64,000 nt of DNA, taken from Mayamaea pseudoterrestris. Taxonomy: Eukaryota. The notes under the pieces were generated by a model. It saw only the letters and a list, made by a program, of their open reading frames with translations, did not search any database and was not told the origin of the DNA. Shown here one piece after another: positions 1 through 12,378 of the stretch (positions within the stretch are counted from its first letter, which is position 1; each line of letters starts with the position of its first letter). The position numbers and the translations under genes are program-made. The stretch spans positions 372,001 through 436,000 of the forward strand of contig BROI01000023.1 in the NCBI GenBank assembly GCA_027923505.1, written 5' to 3'.

Positions 1-269
1 GACCATGTCAACTGTCTCTACGCTATTGATATACTTGACTATTCAACCATACTTGATAACAACTATTGGTAGCTTGTTTACAAGTCTATAATTGTCATTT
101 GCTACGGTAGTCCGATACCTACTCGCCGGTTCAACATGAATGAGTTGACGGTAGATATTAGCAAAGGCCAGCCATGATTGATCTACCGGTAGTTGCGCCG
201 TATCAAGATAGTGCGCTGCCACGCAACATGATGTCAACTTGTTCTCGGCCATCTATAATGTATATACTC

Positions 270-2443
270 TTACTTGCGTTTCGAAAAGCCAAGGTTCGGA
301 TCGTCCCAAAAGCTTCCATTGGGACGACTCGCAGCAACACTTTCGAGACGGCGCTTGCTGGAGTTGGCGACGCATGTTTTGCCGCTGGTCGAGGCCTTGC
401 GTTTCTTAGTAGGCGACGAGGGTGCCTTGGCCGTCATCTTTGACTCCTGTGAAAGCTGGGAATTCTTATAGAGGCCCGTTGGCGTTACAACCAACGTGGA
501 CGATGAAGGGTGCTTGCCATTCTTGTCATTCAACGGACTAGCGCCATCATTTGTCGAAGAGCGCCGGATCTTGACGACAATATCGAGAGGATTGGGGTGC
601 GGGGGCGACGATTTCCTCGAAGACAGTGAAGGTGACTTGACTTCGTGACGTTTCTCCTTTCGTCCGGAGCCGACGCACTTATCTGGCTCGTTTGCCTTAA
701 TCTTGGAGCGCAATGTGGAAGTGCCCCTCGGATTGGATGCAAGTGCATGGGCGTTAGCATGGTGCTGCATGACTATATCACGAAGCATATTAGCCGTCGG
801 AGCACTGAGACGCGAAAGGACCGACTGTATGAGGTCAGCTTTGGTAGCTTTAAACTTATCGCGCGCCTCCCGAGCTGTCTGCAATACATCCCCGCCAACC
901 TTTTTGATTCTGCCAATTAGTTCGTTGCCGACATTGGTGATATGTGCAGCCTTGGCATCCAGCAACTTGTCGTGCGTTTTGAACTTGGACTCGGATGCAG
1001 ACATTTTGGAATCAAAAGCACTCGCCATGTTCGTCTCCAACGCCTGCGCTTTCTTGTCTAATGCACTTGCCACTGTTTCCTCCTTTTGCGCCAGCTTGGA
1101 CTCAGCTTCGGCAGCCATGTTTTCGAAAGCGTGTTCTTTTTCCGTCATCTTGCTTTCTAAAGCGCGTCCCTCCTTGGCCAGCGCGTCCTTCAACTGCTCC
1201 TTGGTTTCCAACATTTCGCGCAATACCGACTCCAAGGCGGATTTCGTCTTTTCGTCAACAGCGTCGAAGATTTCCTTGGTAAACTGTGCAATTTGGCTGC
1301 TATCAATGGTACCCTGCGAATGAGTTTGATTGTTGTTGTTGCATCCGCTCAACATGGATTGGAGCGTACTCATTGGACCAGCATTCGATAGCAACGTGGT
1401 ATTTCCAGTCGCGTTGGTGTTCCGGGTTCGGTCTTGCACGCTGTTATCTGGCGCGGACATGGAGGAATGGTGCGTCTGCTGAGTTTGGGTGGGCATGAAG
1501 GATTCGTTGGCGACGGACGGCTGGCTTGAATGATGCATCATTGAAGCTGATGCACCGGAGAAAACGGAAGACGGCTGGTTTGGTTGATGATGGGAATGCA
1601 TCGTAAATTCATAGTTCATAAACTGGTGCTCGGCTGGCTTCTCGTTCTGCATGAATGGTGGCTTGTAGTTTGGACCGACGGAGGAATGCTCGAGCGGCAA
1701 GAAAGATAGATTCATCGCTGCATTACCAAACGCAGCATTACGAGCGCTTCCGTAGTAGTTCCGGCTTCCAGTCACAAACGGCGGCGCCATGGACAAGGGA
1801 GGAACAGGTGGAGGCCCTTGGCGTCGTGAAACGGCGGCGCTGACTTGACTTGTGGCGGCGAATCCAGTGCGATTCATATTTCCGTGCAGCTTGGACGATC
1901 GTCCATCTCCAGCAAATTGGTTCAAAGTGGAAGCATGGCCTGGAATATACGGTTGAGAGAATATTGAGTTAATGGCTACCATTGTCTAGCAGGCGTCGCG
2001 GCAAAGGCAAACTTACTTGACGGCTGCGAAAAAGATGGCTGCCCCATGGTGACACTTCCCATGAAACCGCCGCTGCCGGATCCTTGACTCTCTGAGAGTT
2101 GCGAAAAGTCGACATTTTCATTTTGAACATGAATGTAGCGTCCAGAAGGCAAAATTTGTTGCTTTTGTGGAGCAGGTGGAAACATTAAAGGCGCCTGCTT
2201 GAATGAGGTGCTTATCGACTTGCCTGGTCCGCGGCGAAGGGGCGGAGCACAGTACTTGGACTTGTCAAATGTCTTTGACTCATTTACAGATGGACGTAGA
2301 GGCGTCTTGAAGCTGTTATAGCTAGTCGCTGCAGCCTTGACACTCGACTTTGACGAAGCCTTGGTGATGCTGCTGCGAGACTGCGACGAATCCTTGCGTT
2401 TCGTTTGCTTGCTCTGACGCGTCGACTGACTCTGTTTTCCCAT
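270..2443 (-). CDS. Hypothetical low-complexity protein with central coiled coil (~700 aa, two exons)
   Basis: ORFs 1976-2443 and 270-1982 join in frame (TCA A|GC CAT) across a 77-nt intron at 1940-2016 (GTAAGT...TTCCAG). S/Q/N-rich N-terminus, heptad-rich middle, basic tail. A further 3' intron (GTAAGA near 272) cannot be excluded. Confidence 0.75.
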
Positions 2444-4279
2444 GCTTACTTTAATACTAATGAAAAAGATGAGACCAATTTATATGATAGGGGAGTTTCT
2501 AGTTGCAGGATGGCAAGCTGGGATGCTGCAAGTTGCATCGTCCATGGTCGTCGGCAAGTTTTTTGTGTCGCTGCCATCACCGCGTGACGCTTGACGTGAC
2601 GCCGGCACGTGCCAGCCGTTTCCAACGGACAATTCAAAATCCTTGCGAGAGGGAACACAGAAACGCAAACACATTCGCGGGGCGGGGAGGTGGTAGGATC
2701 AATGGTTTCACAAAGCCTGCAAAGACTTTTGCGCGCTCCGCGCGCACAAACACTGCCAAACAGACAGCAGATACAGTGGCCTTCAAAGCAACCATTGGAT
2801 GGGTTGGTGCCAACAACACTTGTCTATATGGAACCAAAGGAGAGGCGAGAGATTGCAGTAATTGAGTGGTAATCGATGATTTAAGAGCATACTCCTAAAG
2901 TAAAGCAATGCGTTTTTAGGTAGCGAATACGGTCATTGTGAGGGTCATTGCATGTGCCCAACGCCTGACGTCATATCCGTCGCAGTGGCAGCGACTATTA
3001 ATGTCGTGAAGCATGTTCGGATATATCCTACCACAAAAAGTCTCTACTATCCATTGACTCTATTGACTGTAAAGCAGTTAACGAGACTTCCTGTCGCGCC
3101 GTACTTTGCTACTAGTAATTTATTTGGTTGAAGGCGAAGGGGAGTGGAGACTTCGAAATGTGCAATCAACGTGTGCGTGCTTGTGACAGAGAATCGTAGC
3201 GGTTCTCTCGTCTCGTTCCATTCGATCTTTTGATGCCATGCCACATGCCATCGTCGCTTCCTCCTCGTTCGTCCTATTGGACGTTAACAGCAATAAATCC
3301 AACATAATGGAGCTAGTCATTCTGGACCTAATACTGGCTGTTTTGCATCACGAATTACGTTGAGTCTCTGCTTGCGAGCTGCGAGCTTGTAAGTTTTTTG
3401 GATCGAAAGCTATCGCTTACATGATTGAGCAAGTCGAGCCGCCTCATACAAGTACTTTGGAATAGCAACAGCTCTGTTGGACAATTGTCAGTATGCGACA
3501 AATGCGATGAATAGATTCCTATATGCCTCTTTATCACAAGGACTCAGTTGATTCGTCTCGTGGCTCGTAGTAGCGCGATTCTTGTCAAACCAAGGGAGGG
3601 CTAACAAATGTCGTGAGCCCTATCTACAATTCAAGAATTCATTTGTTAGTCGCGATAAAAGGACGGGATTATGCGAGTCTGTTCGGTTGTTTTCGTTCGT
3701 GGCGCCTTGCGTTGCATTGAAACTTGTCGCACACTGGGATTTAGATGCGTTGAGCGCAACCTCGAGAGGCAACTTTCTTTCAATAATCACATCGAGGATT
3801 CTGACGCGAGGCGGGTCATCAGTATAGGTAGACTGACTACATTCGGTGCGGTTTGTTGCAGTTTCGATCACTCGGCAGCGGCCAGCGATTTTTCAATGGA
3901 ATGTTTGGAATTTGGCCGGACGCAATCGACACGTCACAGAAAATATCACCAAATGCAGCTGACTTACTTGCCTCGCCCGCAACGATAGCATGTCTCGTTC
4001 GTTCGCTGGCTATCTACACCCGTTCGAATCATTTTTGGAGCACCAGAATATGCTGTTGAGTCGAATTAACATTATGATTCACAGTGAACTCGGTCGCGTC
4101 TTTGGACCGTATCAGCAAGGAAACAACGAAAACATTGTCTTGTTTCTGATTCTTTACGACAGGTCCGTCCGTGGAAAGGTAGATTGGCAGAAGCAGACTA
4201 TCGCCTTTGCTTGGAGGTACAGTTGTTCGTCGTCGAAGTTAGACGCCTGCTAATGCAACATCGAATTGGAAAGTGTGGA

Positions 4280-7200
4280 TCAACACATTCGAAATTTAAC
4301 GATCCATGATGGTCTTCTGTTCATGCTACCAGGATTGCGAACCCAAGCCGAAGTGACATGTGCTTTGCGGTTTGCTTTGCTGCAATGCTTGTCGTCGTTG
4401 CCCGCACCTTCATTATAGATGTTGCTGACTACCTTGCCGTTTGCATTAGAATGAGATGAAAGCTTCCCACTCAGACGCTTGCGAATAAAGTTAGTAGAAA
4501 CGAAAAAAGTGTAATTATCCATACGCTTGTTTATTGTGGCACTATCGTACATCGTCCGATGCTTCGCTAAAAGTTGAATACTCATTTGGGCTGAAACTTT
4601 GCTCAATACTGTATTCATTGTCCGTACCCGTGAACGTCCCCTCAATGTCAGTGTCGCCTCGCGCATTAACGCCGACCCAGTTTGCAGTTTTGCTATGGCG
4701 ATATGATGACGCCAGTGAGTGCGATCCTGCCCTAGTGTAGCCATCCTCGTCATCCAAGGAGAGAAGATCCATAAAATTCACGCAAAATTTGGTTTCAACC
4801 ACTTCAAGTTCCTTGGTTAGTGGTTTTGTATTGATGTCTGAAGTCTGCTTCGCTTTGCTTGAACTCTTTGATGGCCGAGATGTCTTTCGCTGGCGAGGTG
4901 GCGACAGGATTTTGCTGAGTTCATCGTGAGTGATAGTTGCGCCTTTTAAATTTGCAATTTGGGCCAACAGCTCATCCGTAACGATCACGGACTCCTTTTT
5001 GCCAAAAGCGACCGGCTTCTTGGATACAAGCATTTGTCGCAAATGACCGCGTGAGTACTTGGAAGTGCGACTGCGATGGTCATCCGACACATTACTACTT
5101 GCGTACGGGGCAGGTGACGCGTGCGTCCATCCTGAAGGACTCATCGGAGCTAAGTTGTCACGTGACAATGATACACTCGGAGATTGTTTGCTAGCTTTTA
5201 AGCGAGTCGTTGAAGCATACTTTGTCGCCAGCATACCAGACGGCTGACTAGTTTTGCTGCTGCTGCTAATATCCGTTCGACTCTCTTTGGACATCCGGCT
5301 GCCATTGCTTGTGACTTTCTTGGGAGTGACAAAAACAATTTCCTCGACACATGGCTCGTCATCATATTCCTGAGTTTGGACGCCGCAAAAGTTAGTGCCG
5401 CCGATATTTGGTTGTCGTTGGCTTTCCATTCTCCCAGTCAATGATTCCGGTTGGTATCTGTTAGATTTGTCGGGCGACGTGTATGCCTCACTTTCGACGA
5501 TCACTCCTTCTTTCTTGTCGATCCCTGGTGCCTCGTTCTTGGAGGATATGGATGATGAGGCAGAATGTGTGCTATACCCAAAACACAGATTTGTTCCTCG
5601 CACTGAATGCTTCTTTACAATAGCAGTCACTTCATATTTGTCGCCACCAGCAGGTTTGTCGCCACCAAAAGCAGACTTCATTTCCTCGCATTCCACCATT
5701 ACCTCACCAGATTCATTTTCGCTGTGATTATCGATGCTGCCATGCTCGTACACGTCCTTGCCGTGGAGGACGAGAGTGCTTTCGAGAACAGTCGGCAAAC
5801 TTGCTTCGATTTGCTGTTCAACACTGAGAGAATGCGATATAATAATATCTGGCCGTTCCAGAAAAAATGTACCGGAGTGTTCATGCTCATCAACGATGAC
5901 CATACTAGTTTCTCTCTTTTTCCCTTCGCTAGGATCAATTCCTTCAAATACACTTCCCGACATGACTTCTTCCGGTATGGTGTCAGTGTCAGTTGGATGA
6001 GCGCGAGAATAGATCTCTGGATTGCAATATGGCAGTGATATCCCGACGGCAGGAACGGCGGGTACAACATCCATTGCTTTTTGGTACGCGGGAACAGTGT
6101 TCAGTGTGAATGCTGACATGGAAACGACAGTCGATTCGTCGGCGCGAGCATTCTGTAACGAGTCCTTCACAATTTCGCTCATCTCCATCATCGCTGCCTC
6201 TCGTGCACGACGCATAGAATCTTGAACGAGCTCCTTAATTTCGGCTTGGGCTGATTCTCGAGCTTGCTTCATTGAATCGCGTACGAGTTCAGCAATCTCA
6301 TGCTGGGCCGCTTCTCTCGCCTTCCTCATCGACTCCTTAACCAAGTCCGCAATTTCGTCCTGCGAGAGAAGTTTATATCCATCATTTGTTTTGAGACCTA
6401 TTTTGTCTTTGTGGCGTTTAGATTCATTAAGAAGTTCTTGTATCTCGACTCTAGCTGTTTGTTGAGCCCTGTCCATCGAGTTGTGCACGATATTTTCAAT
6501 TTCTCGGTCTGAAAACTGCCGATCGGCATTATTGTTCAAGTCTTCGGAAAGCGGATGAGTTTGTTCTGACTTGTCATCTCGATGGCTACTTTTGGTCCAT
6601 CCGGGCATTGCTTCTTCCACAGGATCAAGTTTCGTCTGTCGCTCGGGACACGCGCAATCTAAGGCCGTATCTGCATCTGGTTCCATTGTTGGAGAGTCCC
6701 TTTTAGTAGAAAAGATCTCCTCTGGATCAGATCTATTCTTTTCTTTCACCGGATCTGCTGCCCACGCGGCAATCTGCTTCTTTGGTGTATTTCGTAGATT
6801 GAATTGCGCCAATCGCTCCTTTCCTCTCGACAAACTTCTTGGCCGACGTATTTGCTTCTTGTTTGGGACACGGGTAGCAGTTGCGGATACAAAAAGATTT
6901 TGTTTTTCATCATCGTCGGCTTCGGACAGTTTTCCAATTTTATCTCCGACAATGTCGTCACTTCCATGCGTCGGCTTTTTTTGCTCGTCTGCGACGGCGG
7001 TGTCCTCGGGCGCCGCCATACTACAATCGGACTCTAAAGTATGTGGTAGATAAATTGAGATCAAATCCTTTTCCTTTGACGTTTCTTTTCTTGGAAATGA
7101 CGAAGAAGAGACTTGGCTTCCGGTGGACTTACTCGAAGCGTGATTTAGAATCGAACCAGAATTTGGCTTGCTGCGTTCACTCTTACTCGACTTGGTGGAT

Positions 7201-8357
7201 ACAATGCATAAGTCAGCCCGTCCAGGCATTTTTGAGCCCACAAGACTGCCATGCGCCTGTACAACTGCTTCCATGTGCTTGATTGCGCGCTCTTCCAAAG
7301 CCGACAGAGGAGTCACCAGTTGCTGTTTCTCCCTTGAGGGCGCGCTCTCCGCGGAGACAGGACTTTCCTTGACCGTTGTTGTCTTCTCATGGAGAGGCGT
7401 ATCAGGAAAGAAGTACTGCTTCTTCGACTCCTTGGAAGCCGCCGTTCCTTCATCGTCCACAATGGGCGACAATGGATGCGCATTTCGAATCGTTTCAATT
7501 GGATCACTCGCCTCCGTCATACCTTGAAGCATACGACGCGCATTTCGCAAGACATCCTCGTGGACGTCAGATTCGCTGTCAAGATAGGAGGCGCTACTTC
7601 CGCTGCTACCTAGTTTGCCTCGCTTGCCGTCACTGAGTTCGTCCGTGATGCGACGGAGTGCCGACGGTTCCGTCAATTGCGAGGGTTCCGTATCGGCCAC
7701 CGAAACGGCGTCGCAGTTGCTTCTGTTGCCTTCTGCCTGTGCATCGGCCACGTCACACTTCTTGCGTTGCTCCGGCAAAAGATGTTTCGTTGCATCTCGC
7801 TTTGGCTTTCTTTGCAACCTATTAGGAGTGCTCAAGTGACGCGCGTGCGGAGACGACTCGTGCAACGCTCGCGTTTGTTGACGTGCCTTGATAATACTGT
7901 TTCGCACCAGCATGTTAAGTTCCGACTGCGAAAGTTGCTTTGAGCCTTCTAGCTCTGTATTGACGGTGTATGATTCAAAGGTGGGCTGCTGTCGAGCCAA
8001 GTCGTCGCGATCATGATACGCATCCGACGACAGACGATTGTCGTCGTAATCCGCTCCACTGTCTCGTACTTCCGTACTGGGACTCTTGCGATTGTCGGCA
8101 CCAAAGCTATCATCTCGCGTTTCATTGGCTGATTTTGTTGGTGATCGTTTGCGCTTTTCCGGAGACTCGGATCGTTTCCGATAATGCCGAGGCGTAGTAG
8201 TAATTGTCGTCGAAATCAATGGCTGACGCGGACTTTCGTCCTTGGCTCGCTTCATCGTCTTGCGGACGAGTTGTGACATTTCCTCTTGAGACATTTGTAT
8301 GACCTTTCCACTCTCAGTCCGAATGGTATAATGTGACGAAGCGGCTGTGGACTCCAT
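4280..8357 (-). CDS. Large S/E/K-rich disordered hypothetical protein with an ~18-aa helical repeat
   Basis: 1271-aa ORF at 4542-8357. A probable 73-nt intron at 4478-4550 (GTACGA...CTACTAAC...AAG) extends it in phase 0 to the stop at 4280; this 3' end is less certain. Confidence 0.75.
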
Positions 8358-8811
8358 TATTGGTGCTGGCAGTTGGCAGCAAATCGAAGCCGACGAGCAA
8401 AACCAATGCTCCTTACGCTAGTAGACCCCAGTAATCGTCGTCACTTTATCAATGACTATGATGCCCGCCCTATGCTTTTCCTGTATTGGACTCGAGGGCG
8501 CAAAGATATACTCTGACGAGGGTTGCGGTTTCGCCTCCGATTTGGATTGGCGAGACCGAAACCATCGCCACCGCGCCAGTCGGGCTTCGCCCCAAGGTTA
8601 CTTAGGCAAATGTGTGTCCCAGGGTTCGTTTTCAGTGTTGCTTGGAGTCTGCGATTGATGGTGCGACATCATCCATTTCGCGACGCTCGACGACGACTTC
8701 ACCATGAAACGTCCGCACATTCACAGTGAGTTCCATGAGATGAGAGAAAGCTGGATCAGATGAGATGAGATTTAATGGACAAGTCTTGATGAACGACAAG
8801 AACTAGTCAGT

Positions 8812-11349
8812 ATGAATTCCCTATATAGCGATACAACACCAAAGGAAGCAATTGCTTCGCAACTTCCGAGGACGACGTCCACCAACAGCAACAACAGCAA
8901 CAACAGCACGCAGAGCAATACAAGCGTCACATTTGCAGCGCAGCAGAACTTACCTCGCCTTCCCATTCCCGATTTGGAAGTTACCATGCGCAAATTTCCA
9001 GCTGTGCTGGCTGGTATCCAAGACGAAGAGCAACAAGCGGAAACCAAGCGAGTCGCTCTAGAATTCCTGCAAGGTCCAGGTCCAATCCTGCAGCAAGCGC
9101 TCATTGATTACGAACGACAAGGTTTCGAATCGGGTGATTTGGGTTCCTACGTGGAGGAGTTTTGGAACGAGTCGTATCTTGCGCCAGACGCTTCCGTTGT
9201 TCTCAATTTGAACCCATACTTTTGCTTATCGGATTTGCCAGACCCCAAGACGGCCAAGGATCCTTTACGATGCGCAGCTTCCTTGGCTTTTTCATCCATC
9301 AAGATTGCCTCTTTATTGAAACATGAAGCTTTGCCGCCGGATGTTTTTCGAGGAAAGCCTTTGTGCATGGATCAGTTTCGAGCCTTGCTTGGATCGAGCC
9401 GAGTGGCCAAGCGCAACTGCGACGAGGTCAATGTCTATCCTGATTCTCAGCATGGTAAGCATTTACAGCAGGCGTGCATACACGTTCGTGAGCAATATTA
9501 TGGCTGATAAAGATATTCTGTCCTTTATAGTCATTGTCTTGTGCAAGAATCAATTCTATTCGTTTGCGGCACTTTGGCCAAGCACTGGGCACGTTGCTGT
9601 TGACGAGGAAGATGTTCTTGAGATTCTGCGAGCAATTGAACTACATGCGTCGCAAACACTACCGGAAGAAGCGTCTCGTAATGCAATTGGCGTTTTGACA
9701 AGCGCGGCTCGATCCGAATGGGCCGATGCGCGCAATGAATTAGAGCTGAATCCAAAGAATGCCGCGGCTCTGCATATTATAGATTCAGCGCTCTTTGTTT
9801 TGGTACTAGATGACTTTGTTCCACCTAATATACATGCGGCGGGAGCAAACATGCTACATGGAACGAGTCTACTGAATGAAGACAATCTACAAGTGGGCAC
9901 TTGCTTGAATCGTTGGTACGACAAGCTTCAGCTCATAGTTTGCAAGGATGGTACCAGCGGAATCAACTTTGAGCATTCGACCATTGACGGACACACGGCG
10001 CTTCGGTTTGTGTCAGACATGTATGCGGAGACTATTATTACGTTTGCGGAAACCATTGTTGATTTGATTCACGGACGAGGACGCATTCAGCACATTGTTG
10101 AGGCGACAATTCGGCGAGCGGCCACTGCCACGAACGGCGAAGTGCTAGATGTTCTTCCGAAAAAGATTCTATTTGAAGTATCAGAAAGAATGCAAGAGCG
10201 CATCTATTTTGCAGAGACAAGCCTTTGTGACGATGTCGTTTCAACAGACACGTTTGTGCTAGAGTTTACTGGGTTTGGCATGGCATTAATGAAGAAGAAC
10301 AATTTCTCGCCCGATTCGTTTGTGCAAATGAGCATCATGCTGGCATACTACAAGCTTTATGGAAAGCTTGTTTGCACATACGAGCCGGTCCTCACCAAGG
10401 TACGATGCCGCCTGTGCCAACTGGGTTTATTATAGACTTGTCAACCTGACATCTTTGACTCTATCTCGCCACCTTACAGATGTTTTATCACGGCCGCACC
10501 GAAGCCATGCGTAGCGCGACACCTCAAGTAAGGGAGCTATGCGAAATTTGGTGCCGCAAATCGTCGACCACTCGCGAAAAGCTGCAGGCTCTCCGTGTCG
10601 CCACGATTGAACATGCGAGACTGGTCAAGGACTGCGCAATCGGCATGGGCGTTGACAGACATTTGTTTGCACTCAAGTGTATTGCTGAGCGCAAGGATAT
10701 GGCCATGCCCGCATTTTTTCAGAGTCAAGCTTGGAGCATGCTGAACCATACTATCTTGTCAACCTCCAACTGCGGCAATCCAGCGCTCCGCCTTTTTGGT
10801 TTTGGCCCCGTCGTCCCCGATGGATTTGGAATCGGCTACATTATCAAGGACCATGGCGTGAGCTACTCTGTGTCAAGCAAGCACCGACAAACCCTTCGCT
10901 ACGTGCATTGCCTCGAGGCGACGCTCAAGGCCATGCAGGAATTGCTGACGCCAATGTCGAATGTTCGCGTCGAACCACGCACGTCCCTCCGTCACATTGG
11001 CGAGTATATGCAGCAGCAGCCGCCCTCTCCAGCGCAGACTAGCTACGATGACGTATACGGCGAAACGAGTAGCTACATTCCTCGCTCTCCCAACAAGTTG
11101 TCGGAGCAAGTGATTCATGAGCATGCCGTTGGCGTCGGAGACGGTGAACTAGATTTGAGCAATGGCGACAACCAAGGCAGCAACAGTACTCCCGGTCGGC
11201 CACGACTGGAGCGGCGAACGAGCAAGCAGTTTCGTCGGGTTCAAACGAGGACTCGCAGTTTGGACTTTTTGACTGATCCAAACGTTCAAGTTGCGTTGGA
11301 CTTTGTTGCAGGCGAGCAAGGAGGGCATTACGAAGAGTCTACTATATAA
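8812..11349 (+). CDS. Choline/carnitine O-acyltransferase family protein (carnitine acetyltransferase-like)
   Basis: Motifs LPRLPIPDLE, NRWYDKLQ, catalytic FEHSTIDG, SPDSFVQM, FYHGRTE, GVDRHLFAL, ILSTSNCG, GFGPVVPDGFGIGY. In-frame introns at 9455-9530 (GTAAGC..ATAG) and 10400-10479 (GTACGA..ACAG). Confidence 0.95.
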
Positions 11350-11373
11350 TCTAATCATTCTGATCCAGTAGCT

Positions 11374-11796
11374 TTATAGTATAGCAAAACAATCTACATC
11401 ATCATCTCCATGTTCCTTGTAATCTTTGTCTTCATCCTCACTGCTGCTGCTGTCCACCATGAGTGCTTGTTCCAGTCGCCTAATGGCATCCGTTTGCTGT
11501 TGCTTCTTCCTGTTGATTGTCGGTTCTGGCTGCGACGTTTCGGAGCATTCTCCTATAGCTTTTACTAACGCCGCTTCATGAGTTCGTAACTTGTCCAGTC
11601 CTTGTTTCAGCAGACGCTCGGTTCGCACAAGGTCGGCGTACTCTGCGTCACACTCTTGTGCAGCTCGCAAAAGTGCTGCTGCAGCTGCATCGTCGTCGTC
11701 GTCATGCTCGGCGTCGTTCCCTTTGCCTCGCTCAGTATCTTGTAGCGGTAACGTCATTCGTGAGTCATTATCAAGATCATTGTTACCTGAAGGCAT
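11374..11796 (-). CDS. Small coiled-coil protein with acidic tail, SNAPC5/SNAP19-like
   Basis: The ORF is open from 11910; ATG 11796 is the likely start. Segment QECDAEYADLVRTERLLKQGLDKLRTHEAALVKAI resembles the SNAPc19 N-terminal leucine-zipper pattern by eye. Acidic C-terminus. Confidence 0.6.
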   Translation of the reverse strand: MPSGNNDLDNDSRMTLPLQDTERGKGNDAEHDDDDDAAAAALLRAAQECDAEYADLVRTERLLKQGLDKLRTHEAALVKAIGECSETSQPEPTINRKKQQQTDAIRRLEQALMVDSSSSEDEDKDYKEHGDDDVDCFAIL

Positions 11797-11960
11797 GCTA
11801 ATGTTGGTAACGTTGCAAGTTGCTTCGTCAAAGCGGATGACAAGCTGTGCTCGTTGTATCTGTTCCATCGCAACGCGCGCGATCGCGGCGCACCGTGACG
11901 TCAAGGTCATTTGATGACGTATGATTCATCCAATCATATCACTGCATTTCAAAGGGCCTT

Positions 11961-12062
11961 TTTTCAAAGTTTTTGGACTACTCTTTGGGACATAGTATCC
12001 AATAACTTTGATTTTCAAAGTTTTTGGCACTACTGTTTGACTCTCAGTGCCAATAACTTTCC
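11961..12062. repeat. Two tandem ~51-bp hairpin-forming units
   Basis: TTTTCAAAGTTTTTGG-(variable)-CCAATAACTTT occurs at 11961 and 12012. The two arms are near reverse complements. Confidence 0.7.
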
Positions 12063-12378
12063 TTGTCAAAGGGTAGTGGAAACGACGATTCGTCGCAGCG
12101 ACAGATTCGACCATGAGAGTGATGGTCCTTGTTCATCGCGTAATTCTCTCCTTGAAACGGTCAGACTACTCGAAACAGGCCATACAAGTTGATCCCGTGA
12201 CAAGGAAGCCATTGCTGTTCTAGAGGTGCGAAGGAGTCGTATGGGACGACCGGTCAATCCCGCTTTTCCGACGGTCGTCTCGTCCATTCATGCTCACAAA
12301 ATTTCACTCTGCTGCCGAGCGATTCCTATTTTGTTTCTTGATTACTGTACTTTCACTACTATCACTATTACTTTCAAA

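Noticed and set aside
2878..2925. TTAAGAGCATACTCC as a possible Harbinger/Tourist TIR (similar word near 14155)
   Set aside because: No inverted partner or TSD pair was found.
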